A DNA stretch of 64,000 nt, taken from contig CAVSAC010000012.1 in the NCBI GenBank assembly GCA_963725865.1, positions 704,001 through 768,000 on the forward strand, in the 5' to 3' direction. The notes beneath the pieces are model-generated. The model searched no databases, was not told the DNA's origin, and saw only the letters and a program-made list of their open reading frames with translations. Positions within the stretch are counted from its first letter, which is position 1; every line of letters starts with the position of its first letter. Source of the DNA: Candidatus Eiseniibacteriota bacterium. GTDB lineage: Bacteria > Eisenbacteria > RBG-16-71-46. The translations under genes and the position numbers were made by a program. Below, piece after piece: positions 41,098 through 49,863 of this stretch.

Positions 41098-42041
41098 GCG
41101 AAGCCCCGTTCGTCTCGGTGGTGGTGCCGGCCTACAACGAGGTCGAGAGCCTGCCGGAGCTGAACCGCGAGCTGGCCGCGGCGCTGACCTCGCTGGGGCG
41201 GCCGTGGGAGATCGTGTACGTGGACGACGGCTCGCGCGACGGCACCGACCAGGTCATCGCGGCGCTCGCCGCGGCCGACCCGCGGGTGAACGGCGCGGTG
41301 CTGCGCCGCAACTTCGGCAAGTCGGCGGCGCTCGCGACCGGGTTCAAGCGCGCGCGCGGCGAGTGGATCGTGACGATGGACGCCGACCTGCAGGACGACC
41401 CCGCGGAGCTGCCGCGGATGATCGCCGCGCTCGAGGGCGGGCTCGACCTGGTGTCGGGCTGGAAGCAGAAGCGGCAGGACCCGATCACGAAGACGATCCC
41501 TTCGCGCCTGTTCAACGCCGTCACCTCGATGGTCGCCGGCGTGCACCTGCACGACTTCAACTGCGGGTTCAAGCTCTACCGGCGCGAGGTGGTGGAGGCG
41601 ATCGACGTCTACGGCGAGCTGCACCGGTTCATGCCCGCGCTCGCGCACTGGCGCGGCTTCCGCGTCGGCGAGGTGCCCGTGCACCACCGCGCGCGCCGCT
41701 TCGGACAGAGCAAGTTCGGGGCGTCGCGCTTCGTGAACGGATTCCTCGACCTGCTCTCCGCCGCGTTCATCTCCACGTCCGCGCTCAAGCCGCTGCACGT
41801 CTTCGGCCGCATCGGGCTGCTGTTCCTGCTCGGCGGGCTGCTGATGGGGCTGTGGTTCGTGGCGGAGTGGGTGCGCGGCGTGCCGATGCACGTGCGGCCG
41901 CTGATGCTGTTCGGCGCCGGCCTGGTGCTGCTCGGCATCCAGCTCGTCCTGATGGGCCTGCTCGGCGAGATGATCGCCAGCATGCGCGCGCGCGACGACT
42001 ATCCGCTGCGCCGCACGTTCGGCCCGGACGGGGACGCATGA
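41094..42041 (+). CDS. GT2 polyprenyl-phosphate glycosyltransferase (ArnC/GtrB-like) with 2 C-terminal TM helices
   Basis: VPAYNE, DDGSRD, RNFGKSAAL, MDADLQDDP, DFNCGFK. Confidence 0.88.
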   Translation: MSEAPFVSVVVPAYNEVESLPELNRELAAALTSLGRPWEIVYVDDGSRDGTDQVIAALAAADPRVNGAVLRRNFGKSAALATGFKRARGEWIVTMDADLQDDPAELPRMIAALEGGLDLVSGWKQKRQDPITKTIPSRLFNAVTSMVAGVHLHDFNCGFKLYRREVVEAIDVYGELHRFMPALAHWRGFRVGEVPVHHRARRFGQSKFGASRFVNGFLDLLSAAFISTSALKPLHVFGRIGLLFLLGGLLMGLWFVAEWVRGVPMHVRPLMLFGAGLVLLGIQLVLMGLLGEMIASMRARDDYPLRRTFGPDGDA

Positions 42042-42730
42042 AGGCGTTCGTGCTCGCGGGCGGGCTCGGCACGCGGCTGCGACCGCGCTTCGGCGAGCTG
42101 CCGAAGTCGCTCGCGCCGATCGGCGGGCGCCCGTTCCTCGAGCGTCCGCTGGCGTGGCTCGCGGTGCACGGCGTGCGCGAGGTGGTGCTGTGCGTCGGCT
42201 ACGGTGCCGACGCCATCCGGGCCGCGATCGGCGACGGCACGGCGCTCGGCGTGCGGGTCGCCTATTCGATCGAGCCGGAGCCGCTGGGCACCGGCGGCGC
42301 GCTGCGCCATGCCATCGAGCACGTCGACGGGCCCGCGCTGGTGCTGAACGGCGACACCCTGCTCGAGTGCGACCCGTGGTGGCTGGAGCGCGCCCGCTGG
42401 GAGCGCGGCGCCCTCGGCGCGGTGGCGCTCTACCGGGTCGAGAACGCCGCCAGCCGCGGGCGCGTGGAGTGCCGCACCGACGGCGCCATCGCGCGCTTCG
42501 TCGAGAAGGACGCGGCATTCCGCGGGCCGGCGTGGGTGAACGGTGGGCTCTACGCGTTCTCTCCGCGGGTCTGGCGCCACCTCCCCGCGGGCGTGTCGTC
42601 GCTCGAGCGCGACGTGCTGCCCGCGCTCGCGGAGCAGGGCCGGCTCTGCGGGCTCGTCACCGCGGGCGAGTTCTACGACATCGGCACGCCCGAGGAATGG
42701 GAGCGAGCCGAGCGGAGGTTCGCATCGTGA
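42038..42730 (+). CDS. Sugar-1-phosphate nucleotidyltransferase (HddC-like heptose-1-P guanylyltransferase)
   Basis: LAGGLGTRL, PK, PLGTGGAL, NGD, FYDIGTPE; adjacent to an HddA-like kinase. Confidence 0.8.
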   Translation: MKAFVLAGGLGTRLRPRFGELPKSLAPIGGRPFLERPLAWLAVHGVREVVLCVGYGADAIRAAIGDGTALGVRVAYSIEPEPLGTGGALRHAIEHVDGPALVLNGDTLLECDPWWLERARWERGALGAVALYRVENAASRGRVECRTDGAIARFVEKDAAFRGPAWVNGGLYAFSPRVWRHLPAGVSSLERDVLPALAEQGRLCGLVTAGEFYDIGTPEEWERAERRFAS

Positions 42731-43752
42731 GGGGTCCGGCGTATTTCCGCGCGCGCGCCCCGCTGCGGCTGTCGTTCTGCGGCGGCGGCACCGACGTGTC
42801 CCCGTACCCCGAGGAGCACGGCGGCATGGTGCTCTCGGCCACCATCAACCAGTACGCCTACGCCTCGCTGCGTCCGCGGCGTGACGCGCGGCTGGTGCTG
42901 TCGAGCCTCGACTACGACGTGGTCGCGCGCTACGACCACCTGTCGCGGCTGCGCTTCGACGGCAAGCTCGACCTCCTGAAAGCGGCCGTGAAGGCGATGA
43001 AGGTGCGGCGTGGGCTCGACCTGTGGGTCCACTCCGACGCGCCGCCCGGCTCCGGGCTGGGTTCCTCCTCGACGCTGGTGGTCGCGCTGATCGGCGTGCT
43101 GAGCGAGTGGCTCAAGCGCCCGCTGTCGGGCTACGAGGCGGCCGAGACCGCCTACCGCATCGAGCGCATCGACATGCAGCTCGCCGGCGGCCGCCAGGAC
43201 CAGTACGCCGCGGCGTTCGGCGGCTTCAACTTCATCGAGTTCCTCGGCGACACCACGGTCGTCAACCCGCTCCGCATCCGCCCCGACGTGCTCAACGAGC
43301 TCGAGTACCGCCTGCTGCTCTGCTACATGGGCCAGACCCGCCAGGGCGCTCACATCATCGAGCGCCAGACCGCGTCCTACCGGGCCGGTCGCGCCGAGGT
43401 GGTCGACGCGCTCCACGACCTCAAGCGCCAGACGCTCGAGATGAAGAAGGCCCTGCTGCTGGGCGAGGTGGACGGCGTGGGCGAGCTGTTGCACGAGGCG
43501 TGGGAGCACAAGAAGCACCTCGATCCCAGCATCTCGAACGGGCGCATCGACAAGCTCTACACGCTGGCGCGCCGCGCCGGCGCGATCGGCGGCAAGATGC
43601 CCGGCGCGGGCGGCGGCGGCTACTTCCTCCTGCTCACCCGCTTCGATCGCAAGCATCGCGTGGCCGAGCTGCTCGAGAAGCACGGCGGCCAGGTGGTGCC
43701 GTTCCAGTTCGAGCGCCGCGGCCTCCACACCTGGTCGTCGGCCTCGCGCTGA
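42727..43752 (+). CDS. hddA: GHMP kinase, D-glycero-alpha-D-manno-heptose-7-phosphate kinase-like
   Basis: RAPLRLSFCGGGTD, PPGSGLGSSS, GGRQDQYAAAFGGFN, GAGGGG. Confidence 0.82.
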   Translation: MRGPAYFRARAPLRLSFCGGGTDVSPYPEEHGGMVLSATINQYAYASLRPRRDARLVLSSLDYDVVARYDHLSRLRFDGKLDLLKAAVKAMKVRRGLDLWVHSDAPPGSGLGSSSTLVVALIGVLSEWLKRPLSGYEAAETAYRIERIDMQLAGGRQDQYAAAFGGFNFIEFLGDTTVVNPLRIRPDVLNELEYRLLLCYMGQTRQGAHIIERQTASYRAGRAEVVDALHDLKRQTLEMKKALLLGEVDGVGELLHEAWEHKKHLDPSISNGRIDKLYTLARRAGAIGGKMPGAGGGGYFLLLTRFDRKHRVAELLEKHGGQVVPFQFERRGLHTWSSASR

Positions 43753-43766
43753 GGCCCGGCCCGCGC

Positions 43767-44918
43767 ATGCGGATCGCCCTCGTGGGACCGGTCGCCCCGT
43801 GGCGGGGCGGACTCGCGCAGTACCTCGCGCTGCTGGGCGAGGCGCTGATGGACCGCGCCGAGGTGCGGGGCGTCACGTTCACGCGCCAGTACCCGGGCTT
43901 CCTGTTCCCGGGCGAGACCCAGTTCGATCCGCAGGCGGAGCGCCCGCGCTTCCCGGTCGCCGCGCTGCTCGACTCGATCGGCCCGTGGACCTGGCGCCGC
44001 ACCGCGGCGCACCTGGAGCGCTTCGCGCCGGGCGCGGTGATCCTGAAATGGTGGATGCCGTTCTTCGGGCCGGCGTTCGCCTCGGCGGTCGGGCCGCTGC
44101 GGCGCCGCGGCACGCGCGTGGTGCTGGTGTGCGACAACCTGCTGCCGCACGAGAAGCGCCCGTTCGACGACGCGTTCTCGCGCTGGATGCTGCGCAACTC
44201 CGACGGCTACCTGGTCATGAGCGACAGCGTCGAGCGCGATCTCGACACGCTGAAGCCGGGCGCCCCACGGCGGCGCGTGCTGCACCCGCTGTACGCGCAG
44301 TTCGACCGCGGCCGCTACGACCGCGCGAGCGCGCGCGCGAAGCTCGGCCTGCCCGCCGATGCCGAGGTGGCGCTGTTCTTCGGCTACGTGCGCCGCTACA
44401 AGGGCCTCGACACGCTGCTCGAGGCGTGGCGGACGGTGCACGAGCGGCGGCCCCAAGCCACTCTGGTGGTGGCGGGCGAGGCGTACGAGGACACGGCGCC
44501 GTACGTGGCGCTGGCGAACGCGGCGGGTGGCGAGCCCGCGGTGCGGCTGCGGCTGCGGTACGCTCCCGACGACGAGGTGGAGGCGCTGTTCAAGGCGGCC
44601 GACGTGGTGGTGCTGCCCTACCGCTCCGCGACCCAGAGCGGCGTGACGCACGTGGCGTACGCGCTCGGCGTGCCGGTGATCATCACCGACGTCGGCGGAC
44701 TGGCCGAGACGGTGCATCACGGCGAGACCGGGCTGGTGGCGCCGCCGGAGGATCCGGCCGCACTCGCGGACGCGCTCTCGCACTTCTTCGCGCGCGGGAT
44801 GGGCGCCGCGATGCGCACGAACATCGCGCGCCTGCGCCAGCAGCACTCCTGGCAGGCGCTGGCGGACGCCACGGTGGAGCTGGTGGACACGCTGAAGCCG
44901 GGGCGCGGCTGGCGGTGA
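43767..44918 (+). CDS. GT4-family glycosyltransferase
   Basis: RGG, FFGYVRRYKGLD, LPYRSATQSGV. Confidence 0.88.
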   Translation: MRIALVGPVAPWRGGLAQYLALLGEALMDRAEVRGVTFTRQYPGFLFPGETQFDPQAERPRFPVAALLDSIGPWTWRRTAAHLERFAPGAVILKWWMPFFGPAFASAVGPLRRRGTRVVLVCDNLLPHEKRPFDDAFSRWMLRNSDGYLVMSDSVERDLDTLKPGAPRRRVLHPLYAQFDRGRYDRASARAKLGLPADAEVALFFGYVRRYKGLDTLLEAWRTVHERRPQATLVVAGEAYEDTAPYVALANAAGGEPAVRLRLRYAPDDEVEALFKAADVVVLPYRSATQSGVTHVAYALGVPVIITDVGGLAETVHHGETGLVAPPEDPAALADALSHFFARGMGAAMRTNIARLRQQHSWQALADATVELVDTLKPGRGWR

Positions 44919-44987
44919 GTCCGGCCCGCAGAAGGAGGACGCGATGCTGGTGATCTCGGCGGCCACGCCCATGAGGAGCCCGACGCC

Positions 44988-46562
44988 ATGAGCGCTCCCG
45001 ACCGCCGCGCCCTCGAACGCCGCGCGCGCACGCGCACCGCGTGGGCGATCTTCGTCGCCGCGCTGCTCACGCTCGCGTTCAGCGGGGGCGGTCGCATCGT
45101 GGGCAGCGACGAGATCACCATGCTCGAGGTGGCGCGCGCGCTGCTGCACGGCTCGGTCGCGGTCCCCGAGGGCGCCACCCTGACGGGACGCGACGGGCAC
45201 TCCTACTCCAAGAACGCCGCCGGCCAGGCGGTGCTCGCGTTGCCGCTGGTCGCGGTGGGCGAGGGACTGGCCGCGGCCGCGCCGCTGGCGCCCGCCAAGA
45301 AGCCGCTCGCCGCGCGCGCGGTGGCGTCGTTCTTCAACGCGATCGTGACGGCCGCGTTGCTCGCGCAGTTCTATCGCGCGGCGCGCGCGCTCGAGCTGGG
45401 CGGCGGTGCGGCGCTCGCGGCGACCGCGATGCTCGGGTTCTGCACGCCGCTGTGGCCCTACGCCAAGTCGTTCATGGCCGAGCCGCTCCAGGCGCTCGGT
45501 CTGCTGCTGGCGCTCACCGGCGCCGCCCGCGCGCGTGCGGGCGAACCGCGTGCCGCGCGCACCGCGGCGCTCGGCGCGTTTCTCGCGGTGTCCGCCAAGC
45601 TCAGCATGCTGCCGCTGGCGCTGGCGTGCCTGGTGCCGCTCGCGCCGTGGCGCGGGCGCGGCTCGCTGCGCGCCGCCGCGCTGGGGCTCGTGGGCGTCGC
45701 GGCCGCGCTGGCGGGCCACGCGCTGTACAGCCTGGCGCGCTTCGGCAACCCGTTCGAGACCGGCTACGGCGCGCAGGCCACCGCGGCCGCGTACACCACG
45801 CCGCTGCTGGTCGGCCTCTATGGTCTGCTGGTCTCCTCCGGCAAAGGGGTGCTGTGGTTCGCGCCCGCGCTGTGGCTGGCGGGCCACGGCGCGCGCCGCG
45901 CCCTCGCGCGCGGCGGCGAGCGCGGCGTGACGCCGCGCGCGGTGCTGCTGGGTGCCGCGCTCGCGTGGGCGCTGGCGCTGCTGCTCTACGCGCGCTTCCA
46001 GCACTGGGCAGGCGACGGCTCGTTCGGACCGCGCTACCTGGTGCCGCTGCTGCCGCTCGCGTTCCTCGCGGTGGCGTACGCGCTCGAGGGCGCCTCGCGC
46101 GCGCGGCGTCGCGCGGCATGGGCGCTCGCGGTGCTTGGGGCGTTGGTGCAGATCGGCGGCGTGGCGATCTACTTCGGCGCGCAGATGCGCGAGGCGGGGG
46201 ATTACCCGTACACGCTGCCGCTCGAGGATCCACGCTTCATGTCGGCGAGCCACTTCGACCCGCACCAGAGCCCGATCGCGGGACACTGGGGCATGCTGCT
46301 GCGCAACGCCGGCGAGCACCTGCACGGCGAGTGGCCGCACCTGGCCGCGACCGGGGTCGGCGAGCCCGGCACGCGACTGGGCGTGGGCGCCGAGGACCAG
46401 GCGCGCCTGCTACACGGCCTCGACTTCTGGTGGACCTACGCGCTGTACGCGGGGATGCCCACGGTGCCGGTGCTGGGAGCGGCGCTCGCGTTGCTGCTGG
46501 CGGCGGGCTGGGCGTGGACGCGCGTGTTCGACGCGCTGCGCCGCGAGCGGGTCGTGCCGTGA
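44988..46562 (+). CDS. Polytopic membrane protein, putative GT-C (PMT/ArnT-like) glycosyltransferase
   Basis: Acidic SDE motif in the first extracytoplasmic loop, YSK, WPYAK, FGPRYLVP; many TM segments. Confidence 0.55.
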   Translation: MSAPDRRALERRARTRTAWAIFVAALLTLAFSGGGRIVGSDEITMLEVARALLHGSVAVPEGATLTGRDGHSYSKNAAGQAVLALPLVAVGEGLAAAAPLAPAKKPLAARAVASFFNAIVTAALLAQFYRAARALELGGGAALAATAMLGFCTPLWPYAKSFMAEPLQALGLLLALTGAARARAGEPRAARTAALGAFLAVSAKLSMLPLALACLVPLAPWRGRGSLRAAALGLVGVAAALAGHALYSLARFGNPFETGYGAQATAAAYTTPLLVGLYGLLVSSGKGVLWFAPALWLAGHGARRALARGGERGVTPRAVLLGAALAWALALLLYARFQHWAGDGSFGPRYLVPLLPLAFLAVAYALEGASRARRRAAWALAVLGALVQIGGVAIYFGAQMREAGDYPYTLPLEDPRFMSASHFDPHQSPIAGHWGMLLRNAGEHLHGEWPHLAATGVGEPGTRLGVGAEDQARLLHGLDFWWTYALYAGMPTVPVLGAALALLLAAGWAWTRVFDALRRERVVP

Positions 46563-47467
46563 AGCGCGTCACCGTGGTGGTGCTCAACTGGAACGGGCTC
46601 GCCGACACGCGCGCGCTGCTCCCCACGCTCGCGCGCTGCCGCCTGCCCGACGGCTGGGAGCTGCGCGCGATGGTGGTGGACAACGGCTCCACCGACGGCT
46701 CGGTCGAAACACTCGCGCGCGAGTTCCCCGACGTCGAGCTGGTCGCGCTGCCCGAGAACCGCCGCTTCGCGGGCGGCAACAACGCGGGCGTGAAGCGGGC
46801 GCTCGCCGCGGGTGCCTCCGCCGTGATGCTGCTCAACAACGACACCGTGTGCGACCCCGGACTGATCGAGCACCTGCTGCTGGCGCTCGAGCAGGATCCG
46901 CGCGCCGGCGCCGCCGGGCCGCTGATCTACTTCGGCCCGCCGAGCCCGGTGATCTGGTACGCCGGTGCCACCTGCGACACCGCGCTCGGCCTCGCCTCGC
47001 ACCGCGGCCTGCGCACCCGCGACGCAGGCCAGTACCGCGCGGTCGAGTCGACCGGGTATCTCACCGGCTGCTGCCTGCTCGCGCGGCGCGAGTGCTGGGA
47101 GCAGGTCGGGCTGCTCGACGAGCGCTACTTCATCTACGCCGAGGACGCCGACTGGTCGCTGCGCGCGCGCGCGGCGGGGTGGACGCTGCTGTTCGTGCCC
47201 ACCGCGCGCCTGTGGCACAAGGTGAGCGCCTCGAGCGGCGCCCAGAGTCCCTGGAAGATCTACCAGCGCCTGCGCGGCAACCTGAGGTTGTTCTCCACCC
47301 ACGCGCGCGGCCTCGCGCGGCTCACGTGGGCGCCGGCGTTCCTGGTACAGCAGGCGGTGCTGTTCGCGTGGCTGCTCGCGCGCGGCCAGGCCGCCGCGGC
47401 GATGGCGGTGCCGCGGGCGCTGCTGGACGCGATGGCGGGCGAGAGCGCGGCGGAGGTGAAGCTGTGA
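46559..47467 (+). CDS. GT2-family glycosyltransferase
   Basis: VVLNWNG, VDNGSTD, LLNND, GCCLL, YAEDADW. Confidence 0.88.
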   Translation: MKRVTVVVLNWNGLADTRALLPTLARCRLPDGWELRAMVVDNGSTDGSVETLAREFPDVELVALPENRRFAGGNNAGVKRALAAGASAVMLLNNDTVCDPGLIEHLLLALEQDPRAGAAGPLIYFGPPSPVIWYAGATCDTALGLASHRGLRTRDAGQYRAVESTGYLTGCCLLARRECWEQVGLLDERYFIYAEDADWSLRARAAGWTLLFVPTARLWHKVSASSGAQSPWKIYQRLRGNLRLFSTHARGLARLTWAPAFLVQQAVLFAWLLARGQAAAAMAVPRALLDAMAGESAAEVKL

Positions 47468-47481
47468 GGGGCGGCGCGATC

Positions 47482-48397
47482 ATGACTGACGCCGCCGCCC
47501 GCAAGCCCGTGATCGCTCCCGGCGAGCCGCCGGTGTTCCTGCACGAGGTGATCGCCGCGCAGCCACGCGGCGCGCGCGTGCTCGACGCGGGGTGCGGACC
47601 GGGTTCGTGGTCGTACGCGGAGCGGCCGGACCTCGTGATCACCGGGTTCGACATCAAGTTCCCGCCCGGGCCGCCGCCGCGTTCGGATCGTGTGCGCGTG
47701 TTCGAGGCCGACCTGGCGCGACTGCCGCTGCGCGACGGGCTGTTCGACCTGACGGTGTGCCACTACGTGCTCGAGCACGTCACCGCGCTCGCGGCGTGCT
47801 GCGACGAGCTGGCGCGGGTGACGAAGCCGGGCGGCACGCTCTACCTGTCGGTGCCGCGCGCGGCGGCGTTCGACGATCGGCTCTATCGCTTCGCGGGCTA
47901 CTTCGCCAAGTACGCGCTGATGAAGTTCAGGAAGCGCATCGAGCACCAGCAGCGCTTCACGCTGCAGGGCGTGCTCGACCAGTTCTACGCGCGCGGCTTC
48001 GCGCTCACGGCGCACGCGTTCGTGCCGGCGGGCTTCTCGTGGATGAACGACGCGCGCACCAAGCCGCTGCAGGGACTCTTCACCTGGAAGCTCGCGAAGC
48101 TCCATCGCTGGATCGGTCTCGACCTCGCGAAGGACGCGAACTTCGTGCTGACGTTCGCGAAGACCGGGACGGGGACCACGGCGCCCGACGCGCGCGGCCC
48201 GCTGCCGGGTGCCGCGCCGGGTGACGCACGTCTGCCGCGAGTGCGGCGAGCACAGCCTGGTCGAGCCGCCGCGGCCGTGGCCGACGCGCTGGATCTGCCC
48301 GTGGTGCGGCAAGCCCAATCCGTTCGGGAGGCCGCGTGAGCGCGCCGCGCCTGCGAGCCGCATCCGCGCCGCGGGCAGCGGAGGCCCGCGTGCGTGA
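47482..48397 (+). CDS. SAM-dependent methyltransferase with C-terminal CxxC...CxxC zinc ribbon (apparent +1 frameshift near 48210)
   Basis: VLDAGCGPG and HYVLEH. CRECG...CPWCG lies in the +1 frame, which has the GC3-rich codons typical of real genes here. Confidence 0.65.
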
Positions 48398-49835
48398 GGC
48401 GTTGAAGAAGCTGATGTCGGAGTCCGCCGTCTACGGGCTCGGCCAGGCGCTGGGGCGCGCGGCGCAGCTCGCGCTGGTGCCGATCCTGACGCGCTTCCTC
48501 GCCCCGGACGCCTACGGCATCAGCGACCTGCTGCTGGCGTACTCGCAGACCGCGGTGCTGGTGCTGGTGTTCGGCATGGACGGGGCGCTCGCGCGCCACT
48601 TCTACACCGAGCCGGACCGCGCGGCGCGCGTGCGCATGGCGTCGACCTCGTTCGCGTTCCGCCTCGCGATGGGCCTGCTCGCCGCACTCGCGGTCTCGCT
48701 CGCCGCGTCGCCGCTGGCGGGACACCTGCTGGGCGGCGCGGTCTATCGCAAGTACCTGCTGATCGCCGCGTGGACGCTGCCGTGCACGCTGCTGACCATG
48801 TGGGCGAACGAGGTTCTGCGCGTCACGTTCCAGCCGTGGAAGTACGTCGGGCTGAACCTGCTGCAGACCGTGCTCGCGGCGGGGCTCGCGGTGTGGTGGG
48901 TGGTGGTCGCGAAGGTCGGCGTGGTGGGCGTGCTGTACGGCAAGCTCGCCGCCGACGGCGTATGCGCGCTGCTGGGGCTGGTGCTGTGCCGACACAACCT
49001 CGGGCCGCACCTGCGCGGCGACGTGCTGCGCAAGCTGCTCGCCTACGGCGCGCCGCTGGTGCCGGGGGCGTTCGCGTTCGGCGGCATCGCCAGCCTCGAT
49101 CGCTACTGGCTCCAGCACACGCGCTCGCTCGACGAGGTGGCGGTGTACGCGGTGGCGATGAAGTTCTACGCCGTGATGGGGCTGACGGTGGCGGCGGTGC
49201 AGCTCGCCTACGGCCCGTTCGCGTTCGCGCGCGCGCGGGAGCCCGGGGCGCCGCGGCTGTTCGCGTTCGTGTACGACGGCTACGTGGCGGGGGCCTCGCT
49301 GATGGCATTGCTGGCGTCGGCGTTCGCGCCCGAGATCCTGCGCATCGTGGTGCCCGCATCGTACGCGCCGGCGGCGGTCCCGGTGGTCCCGCTGACCTTT
49401 GCCGCGGTGGCGCTGGGTGCCTACACTGTGGCCTCGGTCGGCATCGGGCTGGCGCTGCGCACCCCGCTCCTGAATCTGGCCGCGGGGGGTGCGGTGCTGG
49501 TCGCGTGGGCCGCCCAGGCGCTGCTGACGCCGCGCCTGGGGGCACCCGGCGCGGCGATCGGGACGCTGCTCGGCTACGTCACGACCGCGGTGCTCACGTT
49601 CGTGATCGCGCAGCGGGTGCACCCGCTGCCGTATCGTGCCGGGCGCCTGGTGGCGCTGTTCGCGAGTGCGCTCGCGCTGGCGTGGGCGCTGCAGGCGCTG
49701 GTGCCCGCCACCGCGGTGGGCGCCGCGATCAAGCTGGCCGCCGCCGGCGCGTGGGCCGCGGGCGCCGGATGGGTGGTGATGCGCAAGGAGCGCGGCACGC
49801 TGGGTGCGGCGCGCGAAGGGACGCCGGCGGCCTGA
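48390..49835 (+). CDS. Oligosaccharide flippase (Wzx/MOP family); alternative start 48336
   Basis: GGAGG before GTG; LKKLMSESAVYGLG...LVPILTRFL.P..YG, DRY, VAVYAVA; about 14 TM segments. Confidence 0.82.
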   Translation: MREALKKLMSESAVYGLGQALGRAAQLALVPILTRFLAPDAYGISDLLLAYSQTAVLVLVFGMDGALARHFYTEPDRAARVRMASTSFAFRLAMGLLAALAVSLAASPLAGHLLGGAVYRKYLLIAAWTLPCTLLTMWANEVLRVTFQPWKYVGLNLLQTVLAAGLAVWWVVVAKVGVVGVLYGKLAADGVCALLGLVLCRHNLGPHLRGDVLRKLLAYGAPLVPGAFAFGGIASLDRYWLQHTRSLDEVAVYAVAMKFYAVMGLTVAAVQLAYGPFAFARAREPGAPRLFAFVYDGYVAGASLMALLASAFAPEILRIVVPASYAPAAVPVVPLTFAAVALGAYTVASVGIGLALRTPLLNLAAGGAVLVAWAAQALLTPRLGAPGAAIGTLLGYVTTAVLTFVIAQRVHPLPYRAGRLVALFASALALAWALQALVPATAVGAAIKLAAAGAWAAGAGWVVMRKERGTLGAAREGTPAA

Positions 49836-49863
49836 GGCCGCGGCGCGGGAGGGACGCGGACGC

